Sequence record: NC_023557.1 | Length of the DNA: 64,000 nucleotides | Strand: one strand, 5' to 3' | Notes under the pieces: model-generated | Databases searched by the model: none | What the model was told of the DNA's origin: nothing | The model's input: the letters and a program-made list of their open reading frames with translations, nothing else | Position numbers and translations under genes: made by a program | Shown: piece by piece, positions 9,158-18,173 of the stretch | Layout of the letters: each line of letters starts with the position of its first letter | How positions within the stretch are numbered: the first letter of the stretch is position 1

Positions 9158-9928
9158 ATGGCTGGTCCACAGCGTCAATTTAAAGCTCGTGAAAAATCTT
9201 ACTTGAGCGAGTACTCGATGAACCTTCAGGGCCCGGTGCAAGCTGGCGCTCAGTTCCCTGCTGAATTCCGCATGGCCTTTGCAGCCAACAAGGTGGCCAT
9301 TCAGGTTGAAACCAAAAACCGCGATAACAAAAATAACGGTCGCTTTGAAATCGTTGTTCCTTATCTGGGCGCTATCGGTGTGCTGAATACGATCGACAAG
9401 CTTATTCAGGACAAAGCACGCAGTAAGCTGCAATACAAAGTGAAAGACTTCGTTTACTTCGGTAAAGGTAACAAGTCTGACTCGCCAATGATCAAAGGCA
9501 CCCTGACTGTAGGGCGTGATAACGAAGGCTGTCTCTATATCGGCATGTCCGGTAAAGACATCACCCCAATCAAATTCATCTTCGCCCTGCCGGCGCATGA
9601 TGAACTGTGCGATGACTCAGGTCAGCGTCTGGGTGATGCTGAGCACTCTGAGTTTGCTGCGAAGAACTTCGTGGTCGGTTACCTGGGCCTGCTGCCAGTG
9701 GTGATGGGTATTCACTATACCCCACCTGAGCCGAAGAACCCAGATGGCGGTAATGGCGGTGGCGGTGGTCAAGGCGGTGGCGGCTGGGGCGGTAATGGCG
9801 GCGGGAACCGTGGCGGTGGTAATGGCGGGGGAAACCAGTACAGCCAAGGCGGCAATCAGGGCGGCGGGAACGCCTCTGGTTCTGGTAGCAGCGGCGGCGG
9901 TGACTTCGCAGATGACCTGCCTTTCTAA
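9158..9928 (+). CDS. ChmC-like nucleic-acid-binding protein (phiKZ gp67 position) with Gly-rich tail and SSB-like C-terminal tip
   Basis: Beta-rich ~190-aa domain, G/N/Q-rich tail ending DFADDLPF; lies just upstream of the gp68-gp69-gp70-nvRNAP block. Confidence 0.6.
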   Translation: MAGPQRQFKAREKSYLSEYSMNLQGPVQAGAQFPAEFRMAFAANKVAIQVETKNRDNKNNGRFEIVVPYLGAIGVLNTIDKLIQDKARSKLQYKVKDFVYFGKGNKSDSPMIKGTLTVGRDNEGCLYIGMSGKDITPIKFIFALPAHDELCDDSGQRLGDAEHSEFAAKNFVVGYLGLLPVVMGIHYTPPEPKNPDGGNGGGGGQGGGGWGGNGGGNRGGGNGGGNQYSQGGNQGGGNASGSGSSGGGDFADDLPF

Positions 9929-9980
9929 ATAGACAGGACGATGAATTCAGCATAAGTCATTGTCTGGGTTCATCCACAAC

Positions 9981-10011
9981 AGAGGAGGGTGAAAACCCTC
10001 CTCTTGTGCCG
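9981..10011 (+). terminator. Hairpin followed by TTGTGCCG variant
   Basis: AGAGGAGGGT-gaaa-ACCCTCCTCT then TGTGCCG. Confidence 0.65.
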
Positions 10012-10329
10012 TCCACGGACTGGGCTATAGCTCACGCTTACTCCCCAGGGTATGGGCGATTCAAACGCCGACATTTCAGGAAGAATACGCGCAAGCGACC
10101 CCCACGGCCATGTAAGAATAAAAGTAAGTTGATGAAGGTGGCTCAGAGTAAGTTGGGTTATGCGATCATGACAGGCAGGGTAATCAGGCAGGCAGTATGT
10201 GATGAGTGTGAGGCGGATGAACGTATCGAGCCTTTGCAAGTCAATTATGCTAAGCCGTATATCGTGCTGTGGCTTTGTCCACGTTGTCATGCTGACTGGT
10301 ACCTGACAAATGAGCCGGCGTACAGCTGA
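10006..10329 (+). CDS. HNH-like zinc-finger protein, catalytic His apparently lost
   Basis: CDEC...NYAKPYIVLWLCPRCH matches the CxxC...HHxDYxKPxxVxWLCxxCH family pattern, but HH is replaced by LQ; start uncertain. Confidence 0.6.
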   Translation: MPSTDWAIAHAYSPGYGRFKRRHFRKNTRKRPPRPCKNKSKLMKVAQSKLGYAIMTGRVIRQAVCDECEADERIEPLQVNYAKPYIVLWLCPRCHADWYLTNEPAYS

Positions 10330-10350
10330 GGGTTTCGGCCCTCCTTTATG
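10328..10350 (+). terminator. Short hairpin followed by TTTATG
   Basis: GAGGG-tttcgg-CCCTC then CTTTATG. Confidence 0.45.
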
Positions 10351-10366
10351 ATACCAAGAGGTGACA

Positions 10367-10759
10367 ATGTTTGAAGAACCGACACATGTTCGTTATGCAT
10401 TGGTAACCCGCCCTCAACACGATGAGAAGGTAACACTGACACCCTGTGATAATCTGATCGAAGCGGTACACAAACAAGACCGTTACGATTCGATTGCTTC
10501 TGTGGTGATCTGTGATGACTTCAAAGCGCAGGCGGTGGATGTCCGGTTACACTTTATCACGGGTCCGGATGACTCGGCGTACCGTGCAAAGGAAATGTTA
10601 CTGGCTTCTTTTATACGCCAGAACAATGGTTGGATTCCCCGTCATGTTACGGGCTGTATGATAGACGCTTTTGATGACGAGACCCTTACCTTCATCCAAA
10701 GCCTACTATCTTTCTTTGATTCACACAGAACCAATTTTGCTCGTTCGCTTGCTTCGTAA
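10367..10759 (+). CDS. Hypothetical protein
   Basis: ~130-aa ORF with GAGGTG SD. Confidence 0.65.
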   Translation: MFEEPTHVRYALVTRPQHDEKVTLTPCDNLIEAVHKQDRYDSIASVVICDDFKAQAVDVRLHFITGPDDSAYRAKEMLLASFIRQNNGWIPRHVTGCMIDAFDDETLTFIQSLLSFFDSHRTNFARSLAS

Positions 10760-10767
10760 TTTTTATT

Positions 10768-10803
10768 GCTGGATGCGGTAAACCCGCTCCAGCCCTTATG
10801 CCG
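10768..10803 (+). terminator. Hairpin followed by TTATGCCG
   Basis: GCTGGA-t-GCGG-taaac-CCGC-TCCAGC then CCTTATGCCG. Confidence 0.6.
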
Positions 10804-10864
10804 CCTGTAATATCGTACATTATTCTACTATCTATTAGAGGAACAAATAATCTTAAATATTTAC

Positions 10865-10877
10865 AAGCCTACATTAT
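10865..10877 (+). promoter_or_regulatory. Putative early promoter core
   Basis: AAGCCTACATTAT, matched at 16006 and 34906. Confidence 0.55.
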
Positions 10878-10936
10878 CAACATGTCATAGCAGTATGTGA
10901 TTTAACCTACCGTGTGATCACCGGGAGCAGCCACCA

Positions 10937-12481
10937 ATGATGTTTAAGTACACCACCAAATCGACCTCTGAGAAGGTATGGTTAAACACAATCATAGTTG
11001 TCAGTCGTCATGGCGAAGAGATTGTGTTTAACGAAAACAACTTCTTCAAGTCGGAAGAGAAGGACCACAAAGGAACCTTCGACGAACTGAATCTCTATCT
11101 CTTGCGTTGCCTGAGTAACGAGCAACGTGACCGGATGTTTGAGTTCTATAAGCAAATCAGCTATATCCTGAAAACGGAACTGTCGGTCACGAAGGTCCTT
11201 CTGCCAAAGTTGCAGCCTTTGGTTAAAGGGATCTACGACCTGGTTAGCTTAAGCGACCTGAACGTCTTCATGTATGAAAACAAACTGACGCACATCCCGA
11301 ACAGCGTACTGGATACCATCCCGTCCTCGAAAGAGTACCCGACGATGACCACGTATGTGAAAGCGGATTACGTCAAGCTGGTTAACCTGTCGGTATTGTT
11401 GCATCTGATGGCGCCGATCATTGCGGACTATGTCAGCAAGGTCAGTGAGTCAACCGGCAAGCAGTTTAAAGAACACGCCGCCTTACCGTTACTGGAATAC
11501 ACCAACATCATGTATTCTGATGAGATGGTCAAGCTGCGTAACTTCGTGACCGCCAACTGCAGTAAAAAGCCAGTGCCGTTATCAGCCACCTTAGAAGGGA
11601 TGTCAGAAGAGTCGTTCCCGGATTGGATGCTGGCTTCGGTCATTGCACGTAAGCTGTGTATCAACCATGTACGGCGTGGGGATGAAAACGGACACCTGGT
11701 TGCTGCGGTGTTTGCGTACATCAACTACAACATCAAACTGGATGGTAAGTTTGGTGGTGGGGTCATGCCAAAGAAAGAGCGTCGGGGTCTGGGAGAAGAT
11801 GAGCGCGAGAAAGCGGTCATTGATAACTGGAAGATGAAAGAGGATGTGGACAAGATCGATATCTTAGCCTGTGCTGTTGGCTTTGATGATCCGGTTGCCG
11901 CGGCCAAGTTCATTGAGCCTGACATCGATCCAAACATGGTGATCCGTTGCCTGAATGCGATTCCACAAGCCTGGAACTTCAGCATGACTCGTCATCAGAG
12001 CATTCTGTTGCAGTGGGTAGTGGGTGAGCTTCTGCCGCATATCGGTGATACGTATGTGCCGCCGTTGACCGTTGAGTATTACGATTACGATGTCTGCGTG
12101 AAGTTGGTCGGGATTGCACAAGCGGTACTGTGGCATCGGGGTTATCCGAAGCTTGCAGTGTTTGCTGCGACTTATCCGTCTGAAGTGGATGCCGGCGGGA
12201 TGCCGAATGCCGTGATGCCATTAGAACTGAAAGTGATGGCAGAGCTGGAAGCGTATTACGGTAATGTGCGTCTGGGTAAACGTCAGGACAGCAGCGATGG
12301 CTTGGTGCATAAAACCATCAACACCATGGTTACCTCATTGTTAGAAGATGATTATCAGGTCGTAGGCCCTGATGAATTGTTAGCGTTATCTGGGGTGGTA
12401 GATTTCGAACGTCGAATCGTCATTCCTGAAAGCCTATATTACGATATTGCTGGCTACATTCGTTTCTTAGCCACTCGTTAA
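10937..12481 (+). CDS. Non-virion RNA polymerase specificity subunit (phiKZ gp68-like)
   Basis: 514 aa; position directly before the gp69/gp70-like genes and nvRNAP beta/beta'; synteny-based call. Confidence 0.65.
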   Translation: MMFKYTTKSTSEKVWLNTIIVVSRHGEEIVFNENNFFKSEEKDHKGTFDELNLYLLRCLSNEQRDRMFEFYKQISYILKTELSVTKVLLPKLQPLVKGIYDLVSLSDLNVFMYENKLTHIPNSVLDTIPSSKEYPTMTTYVKADYVKLVNLSVLLHLMAPIIADYVSKVSESTGKQFKEHAALPLLEYTNIMYSDEMVKLRNFVTANCSKKPVPLSATLEGMSEESFPDWMLASVIARKLCINHVRRGDENGHLVAAVFAYINYNIKLDGKFGGGVMPKKERRGLGEDEREKAVIDNWKMKEDVDKIDILACAVGFDDPVAAAKFIEPDIDPNMVIRCLNAIPQAWNFSMTRHQSILLQWVVGELLPHIGDTYVPPLTVEYYDYDVCVKLVGIAQAVLWHRGYPKLAVFAATYPSEVDAGGMPNAVMPLELKVMAELEAYYGNVRLGKRQDSSDGLVHKTINTMVTSLLEDDYQVVGPDELLALSGVVDFERRIVIPESLYYDIAGYIRFLATR

Positions 12482-12516
12482 CTTAATTTAATCTACACCG
12501 TTAGGAGTCACCCAAG

Positions 12517-14034
12517 ATGTTACCTACCCAAAACATTCAGTTCGAAGGCTATGTTGAGAAAGCTGCTATCTGCCGTACACCAGCTTATCAGGACATGTAC
12601 CGTCGACCGTACAGCATGAATATCAGTCAGGACACCGCATCCGTTATTGGTAACATGAGTGCCGGTGTGGATTATTCTCGTGAGCGTTTAGCGCCGATTG
12701 CCGCATCGGTCATTGCGCCACAGACTTACGTTGAATCGGTTTGTAACGTACCAGAGGGCTGGGGTTCTGAGCGTTGTCTCTTCATTCTGAAGATCGTTCA
12801 CGGTCGTCCGGGTGACCAGGGTCTGAACAAACGTGTGCAGTATCTGACCGGCTACACCAGTCACATGGGCATGATGCCAAGTCAGATGCGTGCGAATGAT
12901 GTTGTTGTTGATGACAACATGCGTCTGTTCTTTAACACCAGTATGCTGTTTAACGAAACCAGCCATATCGATGGTTATGGTCGTAAGCTCGTCACCGCCA
13001 TGCCGTTGATGGCAAGTCAGTTGGTAATGGGTCAGCACGGTGGGGTGCATGGTCATAACGATCGTACGTTGCGTCCTGAAGATGTTTACTCAGCAATCAA
13101 TGTTGGACAGCTGATTCAGCAGAACAACCAGTATGATCAAAGCCGTGGTACCAATGGTCCGATTGGTCAGCTGTATGATGGTCGTACTGCTTTCCAACCT
13201 GGTCAGCCGTATAAGCTTTCTCAGCTGAATAACCTGGTGCCTTCAAACTACCTCAGTAAAGTGCTGACCGGTGCAGCCACCGAACAGCTGACCTTAGGTG
13301 GTCAACGTGCAAACCCAGCGGATACCAGCAATCAGATCGCAACTGGCCTGAACGAAGGTTATCTGTCTAACGACCTGACCCTGCAGCACATCCTGGATCG
13401 CACCGGTCTGCGTGAAAACTGCTCAATCACATTTGGTGAATTGCGTCGTATTCTGCCGAACATTGATGCACCGGGTATTTTGACCAAAGCGGGTATGGAA
13501 GGTGTCGGTACTGGTCAGGTTGCCGGTGCAGTAGGTGGTGCTGGTTCTGAACATCATCAGGGTTCGAACTATGAAACCGTGATTGCCAACATGCTGAACA
13601 ATGTGACCACTGCACTGATGATGGATCTGATGATCGGTGAGATTCATTGTAATGGCGGTAACATGACCGTAGCCGATGTGGCGACTGGTACAATGAGCGG
13701 TCAGTTCCTGTTGAACACGCCGTACGCAACTTCCTTCGTGGATGGTCGTGATGCGGTGGCGTTGTGTGAATCGTTTAAGCTGCGTCTGGTGCGTGAGTTC
13801 CTGTCAAGCTTTACCGGCCACAACCACGTGCCAATCGGTTTTGCAATCCATGCAAGTCTGATGGCCGAAACGGTTATTGATGTCTCTTACAATAACCAAC
13901 CGAAGATTCGCTTCGTGTTCCCGGTCTTTGCGAACGCGTCGTATACCCCGATTATCACTGGCGATCAGAACACTCTGAACTCCATTGCCGTACACACACG
14001 TGAACTGGTCCAGCAGCTGACCAACGTCTTTTAA
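12517..14034 (+). CDS. PicA/Imp1-like phage-nucleus import factor (phiKZ gp69 position)
   Basis: 505 aa, immediately after the gp68-like gene as in phiKZ/PhiPA3; synteny-based call. Confidence 0.55.
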   Translation: MLPTQNIQFEGYVEKAAICRTPAYQDMYRRPYSMNISQDTASVIGNMSAGVDYSRERLAPIAASVIAPQTYVESVCNVPEGWGSERCLFILKIVHGRPGDQGLNKRVQYLTGYTSHMGMMPSQMRANDVVVDDNMRLFFNTSMLFNETSHIDGYGRKLVTAMPLMASQLVMGQHGGVHGHNDRTLRPEDVYSAINVGQLIQQNNQYDQSRGTNGPIGQLYDGRTAFQPGQPYKLSQLNNLVPSNYLSKVLTGAATEQLTLGGQRANPADTSNQIATGLNEGYLSNDLTLQHILDRTGLRENCSITFGELRRILPNIDAPGILTKAGMEGVGTGQVAGAVGGAGSEHHQGSNYETVIANMLNNVTTALMMDLMIGEIHCNGGNMTVADVATGTMSGQFLLNTPYATSFVDGRDAVALCESFKLRLVREFLSSFTGHNHVPIGFAIHASLMAETVIDVSYNNQPKIRFVFPVFANASYTPIITGDQNTLNSIAVHTRELVQQLTNVF

Positions 14035-14048
14035 GGAAAAGATAAACC

Positions 14049-15593
14049 ATGACAACTCCACTTATTAACTATTACACGGGCTTCCTGGAATCGACGGGCG
14101 CTGTGATTGATCAGTCCACCGGTGTGGTGAGCTATGAACGTTCCACCGGTTTAAAGCCGGTGTTAATCGATGGCAAAGAGCTGATCCTGCCCATCCGTGC
14201 GTTTCAGGATAAGCCGGACTGGACGCGTTATGTGCCATTCCATCCGCTGTCTGAATCGATTGCTCGTGGTGAATCGGAAGTGCTGCAGAAAGCCAAAGAG
14301 CTTATCAGTCTGAAGCTGTTCCTGAAATATGCGGAACTGTCTGAAGCGCTGCTGATGCTGGCAGTGAACTCTGAATCGCAGGCGAAGCTCACCCCTACCC
14401 AGATGAAGTTCCTGGAAGGGCTGGGTGATGCGGATGAGAAAACGGTTGAGAACTTCTCAAAGATCCTGGCGAAATCCAAAGCGACCTTTGAAGGTGGTGA
14501 GAACCGTTGTCTGGTGTCGTTGTTCCTGAAACGTGGCGGTACACTCAACGGGCAGAAGTTTGCCCGTCTGTGTGTTGTAGCGTTCCCGTACTACGAAGCG
14601 CTGTGTAAGATCGAAAACGAACCTGCGGATAAGCGCGTGGTGTTTGGTGTGCCATTGCGTGCCAAAGACATCAAAGTGCTGAAGCGTCTGCATGAAGTGA
14701 TCGTACCGAACAGCGATGACGGGATCTACTCGATCGGGACTAACGTACAGACTGCGCCGTACTGGGGTGCATTGATGATGACTTACGTCAACATCCTGAA
14801 CCAGTTCAACAGCGTAATCAAACCGTTCTCGAAAGTGATCAAATCGCTGAAGGCGGTTGATACCTCGTGGGATGTGGGTGATGAGTTGCAACAGTTCCGT
14901 GCTGAGATTCCACCGATGCCGTATAATGAAGGTGCAGATTCCAGCAAACCAGCTGAAACAACCCAGCCTCTGCAGACCCAACAGCAGCCTGTTGCGACGC
15001 AGCCACAAACCATCCCACAGCCAACCGGTAATCTGGTACAGCAGCCAGCAACCATCCAGCAGGCGCCGAGCTTTAACGGTAATCAGAACCAGTCCAGCAC
15101 AGTCACCCATCCGCCAGCTCACAACGTTAAACCATCTAACGGTGGCGGTGTGAACTTCGCTGATGCGATGAACAAGTCGGGCATGGGTATGATGCCACAA
15201 ATGCAGATGCCGGGTATGATGCCGCAGATGTATCCTCAGCAGGGTTACCCACAGCAGCAGATGCCAATGTATCCGCAACAGCAAATGTATCCTCAGATGC
15301 AGGTGCAAATGCCGATGCAGCAGCTTCCAATGCCACCGGTCTCTCAGCCGCAGGGTCAGCAGCAATTCCCGCAGCAGATGTATTATCAAAATGGTCAGTT
15401 GCCAATGCCGCCGGTTAGCCAGCAGCAACAGCAAGGTTACCCACAGCAGGGCATGTATCCTCAGCAGCAGATGATGCAACCTCAAATGTACCCGCAGATG
15501 CAAATGCCTGGCATGATGCCACAAATGCAGATGCCGGGTATGATGCAACAGGGTTACCCGCAACAGCCACAGATGTTCCAGTTCGGGCGTTAA
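14049..15593 (+). CDS. gp70-like core protein with Q/M/P/Y-rich low-complexity C-terminus
   Basis: Folded ~295-aa N-terminal domain followed by QMQMPGMMPQ and GYPQQ repeats; synteny with phiKZ gp70. Confidence 0.6.
   Translation: MTTPLINYYTGFLESTGAVIDQSTGVVSYERSTGLKPVLIDGKELILPIRAFQDKPDWTRYVPFHPLSESIARGESEVLQKAKELISLKLFLKYAELSEALLMLAVNSESQAKLTPTQMKFLEGLGDADEKTVENFSKILAKSKATFEGGENRCLVSLFLKRGGTLNGQKFARLCVVAFPYYEALCKIENEPADKRVVFGVPLRAKDIKVLKRLHEVIVPNSDDGIYSIGTNVQTAPYWGALMMTYVNILNQFNSVIKPFSKVIKSLKAVDTSWDVGDELQQFRAEIPPMPYNEGADSSKPAETTQPLQTQQQPVATQPQTIPQPTGNLVQQPATIQQAPSFNGNQNQSSTVTHPPAHNVKPSNGGGVNFADAMNKSGMGMMPQMQMPGMMPQMYPQQGYPQQQMPMYPQQQMYPQMQVQMPMQQLPMPPVSQPQGQQQFPQQMYYQNGQLPMPPVSQQQQQGYPQQGMYPQQQMMQPQMYPQMQMPGMMPQMQMPGMMQQGYPQQPQMFQFGR
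15189..15546 (+). repeat. 34-bp exact direct repeat within the low-complexity tail (15189-15222 and 15513-15546)
   Basis: ATGATGCCACAAATGCAGATGCCGGGTATGATGC occurs twice. Confidence 0.85.
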
Positions 15594-15607
15594 TCTATAA
15601 ATCTGAT

Positions 15608-15640
15608 CGGCATAAGGAGAGGCTACGGCCTCTCCTCTTT
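15608..15640. terminator. Bidirectional hairpin between convergent genes; TTATGCCG on the minus strand
   Basis: CGGCATA-AGGAGAGGC-tacg-GCCTCTCCT-CTTT. Confidence 0.75.
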
Positions 15641-15645
15641 CAGAG

Positions 15646-15981
15646 TCATTTTTTATTTGAGTTGTAGAGATCTCTAATAGATGACAGAAGTGAACTGTTT
15701 TCATCTATTAGAAGAATGTCCGTTGTAATGACATCCCATTTAAAGGGATTCATGATGTTGTTGATTCGCATAGTTAACCAATGCATGTGATAAGGAACGC
15801 CGTATTCCAGTAGTAGCATGCGAAAGTCACCACGTTCTTCGTACTGTTCAAGAGGGGTAGGGGGAGTAAACTTAGTTGCATTCGCCCGAAGCAAATCGAG
15901 ATGATGCACCAGGACCTGACGAAAGCCGTGATCTTGAAACAGCTTATCGGTCGGGTGTTTGATTTCGTTGCTGACTCGCAT
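15646..15981 (-). CDS. Small putative virion protein (LysM/T4 gp53-like baseplate motif)
   Basis: EYGVPYHMHWLTMRINNIMNPFKW resembles the YG...W..L..N...DP..W pattern of T4 gp53-type proteins. Confidence 0.5.
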   Translation of the reverse strand: MRVSNEIKHPTDKLFQDHGFRQVLVHHLDLLRANATKFTPPTPLEQYEERGDFRMLLLEYGVPYHMHWLTMRINNIMNPFKWDVITTDILLIDENSSLLSSIRDLYNSNKK

Positions 15982-16005
15982 ATGCGTAAATACCTATACT
16001 TGTTT

Positions 16006-16018
16006 AAGCCTATATTAT
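16006..16018 (+). promoter_or_regulatory. Putative early promoter core upstream of nvRNAP beta
   Basis: AAGCCTATATTAT. Confidence 0.55.
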
Positions 16019-16051
16019 CTCTTGGCAGTTAGGTTGATAAAAGGAATCATA

Positions 16052-18163
16052 ATGAGTCATATTACCGAGGCAAGTGAACTCTCTGCAGAGTTGTTAGGCA
16101 GTGTGTTGTGTTTGAACCCAACCGTACATGGCGATAGCAGCCCACGTTCTGCTATGTTCGGAGGTCATGCAGGACAGGCCGTGACAATCGAGGGTAGCAC
16201 GCCACGTATGTTAAAAACCGGGATCGAGTATGAGTACGGTCAACGGACCTTCAAGATTGAAGCGCCGTGTCAGATGCTCGTGATCGGTGTGATTAACCGT
16301 TTCGTCACCAACCACGTTGGTACTGGGGGTGTGAAAGAGAACCCTGAGAAATATGTGATCTATCAGAACTTAAGTGTAAATACGCCTACACCGACGTTCG
16401 GCATTCTGTGTATTCCGACCTATCACACACGTAACCACGCATTAGGGTTTAAGTATGTGATGGACAAGAAAGCAATTAACCGTTTGTACAGTGTTGATGG
16501 TAAGGCGTATATCGAAAAGGGTGTGATCTTTGCCCGTTCCCCTAACTTGACCGAAGGTGGCGATTATAAGTACGGTCGTGAAACCAACGTAGCATTTATG
16601 TCATTACCGGAAGTCGAACAGGACGGAATGGTGGTAACAGAAAGCTTCGCACAAGCCATGGCCTGCACCAAGATCGAAAGCCGTATCGCACAGTGGGGCG
16701 ATGATCAGGTGTTGTTGAACCTGTATGGCGACGATGAGAACTACAAAGCGTTTCCGGATATCGGCGATAAGATTCGTGAAGATGGGATGTTGTTTGCGGT
16801 ACGTAAGATCATGCCAGGTACTGGCATTGTCAATCTGACCCCAAAAGCCCTTCGTACTTACGATCCGAACTTCGACTATCCGCAGTATGCTGAAGCCGGT
16901 GCCACGGTGGTGAACGTCCAGGTGAACTCGGACCGCATGCGTACAGGACGTACCGATGTGCAGTTCTATGATAAACAAGCTGAACGGTATGAACGTGCAG
17001 CGCGTGAGTTCTCCAAGTCTCTGCGTAAGATCTACGACGACCTCTATCGTACGTATGGTCATGGCATGATTCTGGAACCTGAACTCAACCGGATGGTGAC
17101 GGATGCCATCTCGGATACCGGCGGTATGGATCGCAAGATGAATAATCAAGGACAGATTATCAGCGTGGACAAAGGCACACAGGTCTATAACAAAGTCCCG
17201 ATTGGTGACTGGCGTGTGAAGATCACCTTTGTTAAACGGATTGAAGCCGGCGTGCGCTTTAAGATCACCGATACCCATGGCGGTAAAGGTGTTATCGTAA
17301 ACGTGATTCCTGACGCCGATGCGCCGACCGATGATTACGGTAACCGGGCGGATGTGATCATGGATGATGTGTCGATTACCAAACGTATGAACCTGGGCAA
17401 GCCAACCGAGCAGTATATCAACGGTGCATCAGTATATGCAGCGAAGATTGCGCGCCAGATGGCAGCCAGCGGGGATCTGGATGGTGCCTGGAATCACCTC
17501 ATGAGTTATTACCATGCAGCTGCGTATGAGCAATGGGAAATGATGCAATCACCAACGTACCTGGATAACAAACCGAATCGCGATCATCATGTGCGTTGGG
17601 TGTGTGATCATGGTATTGAGTTGTTTGCACCAACTGACCGTCGCTACTTCGGGGCCGAGCAGGTACGGCGTATCATGAAGGAGCATGACTTCCCGGTTAC
17701 ACCCGTGACGTATCGTGCACCCGATGGGCGTATGGTCCGTACGCGTGATCCGGTGGTGATCGCGCCGATCTATATCATCCTGCTGGAAAAGATGGGCGAA
17801 TACTGGGCGTCGTGTGCGATTCCAAAACTCACACACTTCGGTACACTCTCATCCTTAACACAGGCGGATAAGTTTGCGTTGCCGTGGCGTAACACTCCAA
17901 CCCGTTTCGGTGAGTCTGAGTTGCGTCTGTTCTTAGCAGCGTGTCGTGGCTATTATGCGAACCGCTTGCAAAGCATGGCTAACACTCCGGCAATGCAGAA
18001 GGAAGCTGCATTGATGTTCTTGCGTCACGATACACCAATGAACATCCCGAACGTGATTGATGAAACGAAGACACCACTGGGGCGTGCACGTCCACTGCAG
18101 ATGTATAAGCACAACCAGGGCTGTCGTGGTATTGAATTTGAAACAACCGTGTTAAATAAATAA
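16052..18163 (+). CDS. rpoB: Non-virion RNA polymerase beta subunit, C-terminal part (phiKZ gp71-73-like)
   Basis: MFGGHAGQAV, KITDTHGGKGVI and DVIMDDVSITKRMNLGK correspond to the beta motifs NMQRQA, GDK..GRHGNKG and NP.GVPSRMNIGQ; AAGGA SD before ATG 16052. Confidence 0.88.
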   Translation: MSHITEASELSAELLGSVLCLNPTVHGDSSPRSAMFGGHAGQAVTIEGSTPRMLKTGIEYEYGQRTFKIEAPCQMLVIGVINRFVTNHVGTGGVKENPEKYVIYQNLSVNTPTPTFGILCIPTYHTRNHALGFKYVMDKKAINRLYSVDGKAYIEKGVIFARSPNLTEGGDYKYGRETNVAFMSLPEVEQDGMVVTESFAQAMACTKIESRIAQWGDDQVLLNLYGDDENYKAFPDIGDKIREDGMLFAVRKIMPGTGIVNLTPKALRTYDPNFDYPQYAEAGATVVNVQVNSDRMRTGRTDVQFYDKQAERYERAAREFSKSLRKIYDDLYRTYGHGMILEPELNRMVTDAISDTGGMDRKMNNQGQIISVDKGTQVYNKVPIGDWRVKITFVKRIEAGVRFKITDTHGGKGVIVNVIPDADAPTDDYGNRADVIMDDVSITKRMNLGKPTEQYINGASVYAAKIARQMAASGDLDGAWNHLMSYYHAAAYEQWEMMQSPTYLDNKPNRDHHVRWVCDHGIELFAPTDRRYFGAEQVRRIMKEHDFPVTPVTYRAPDGRMVRTRDPVVIAPIYIILLEKMGEYWASCAIPKLTHFGTLSSLTQADKFALPWRNTPTRFGESELRLFLAACRGYYANRLQSMANTPAMQKEAALMFLRHDTPMNIPNVIDETKTPLGRARPLQMYKHNQGCRGIEFETTVLNK

Positions 18164-18173
18164 GGGGTGTGTG

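Noticed and set aside
9724-9900. GGC/GGT-rich repeats as a possible CRISPR or DNA repeat array
   Set aside because: These are glycine codons of the protein linker; no spacer-repeat periodicity
15661-15685. TGTAGAGATCTC...TAGATGAC resembling the early promoter
   Set aside because: Inside a coding region, spacing broken, and no plus-strand gene follows closely
14457-15704. 415-aa His/Leu-rich minus-strand ORF
   Set aside because: Antisense shadow of the CAG/ATG-rich low-complexity tail of 14049..15593; no RBS
15959-16051. N-terminal extension of nvRNAP beta
   Set aside because: Overlaps the opposite-strand gene and the promoter motif; the SD supports ATG 16052
16604-17278. 224-aa minus-strand ORF
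   Set aside because: Lies wholly within nvRNAP beta on the opposite strand; typical codon-bias shadow
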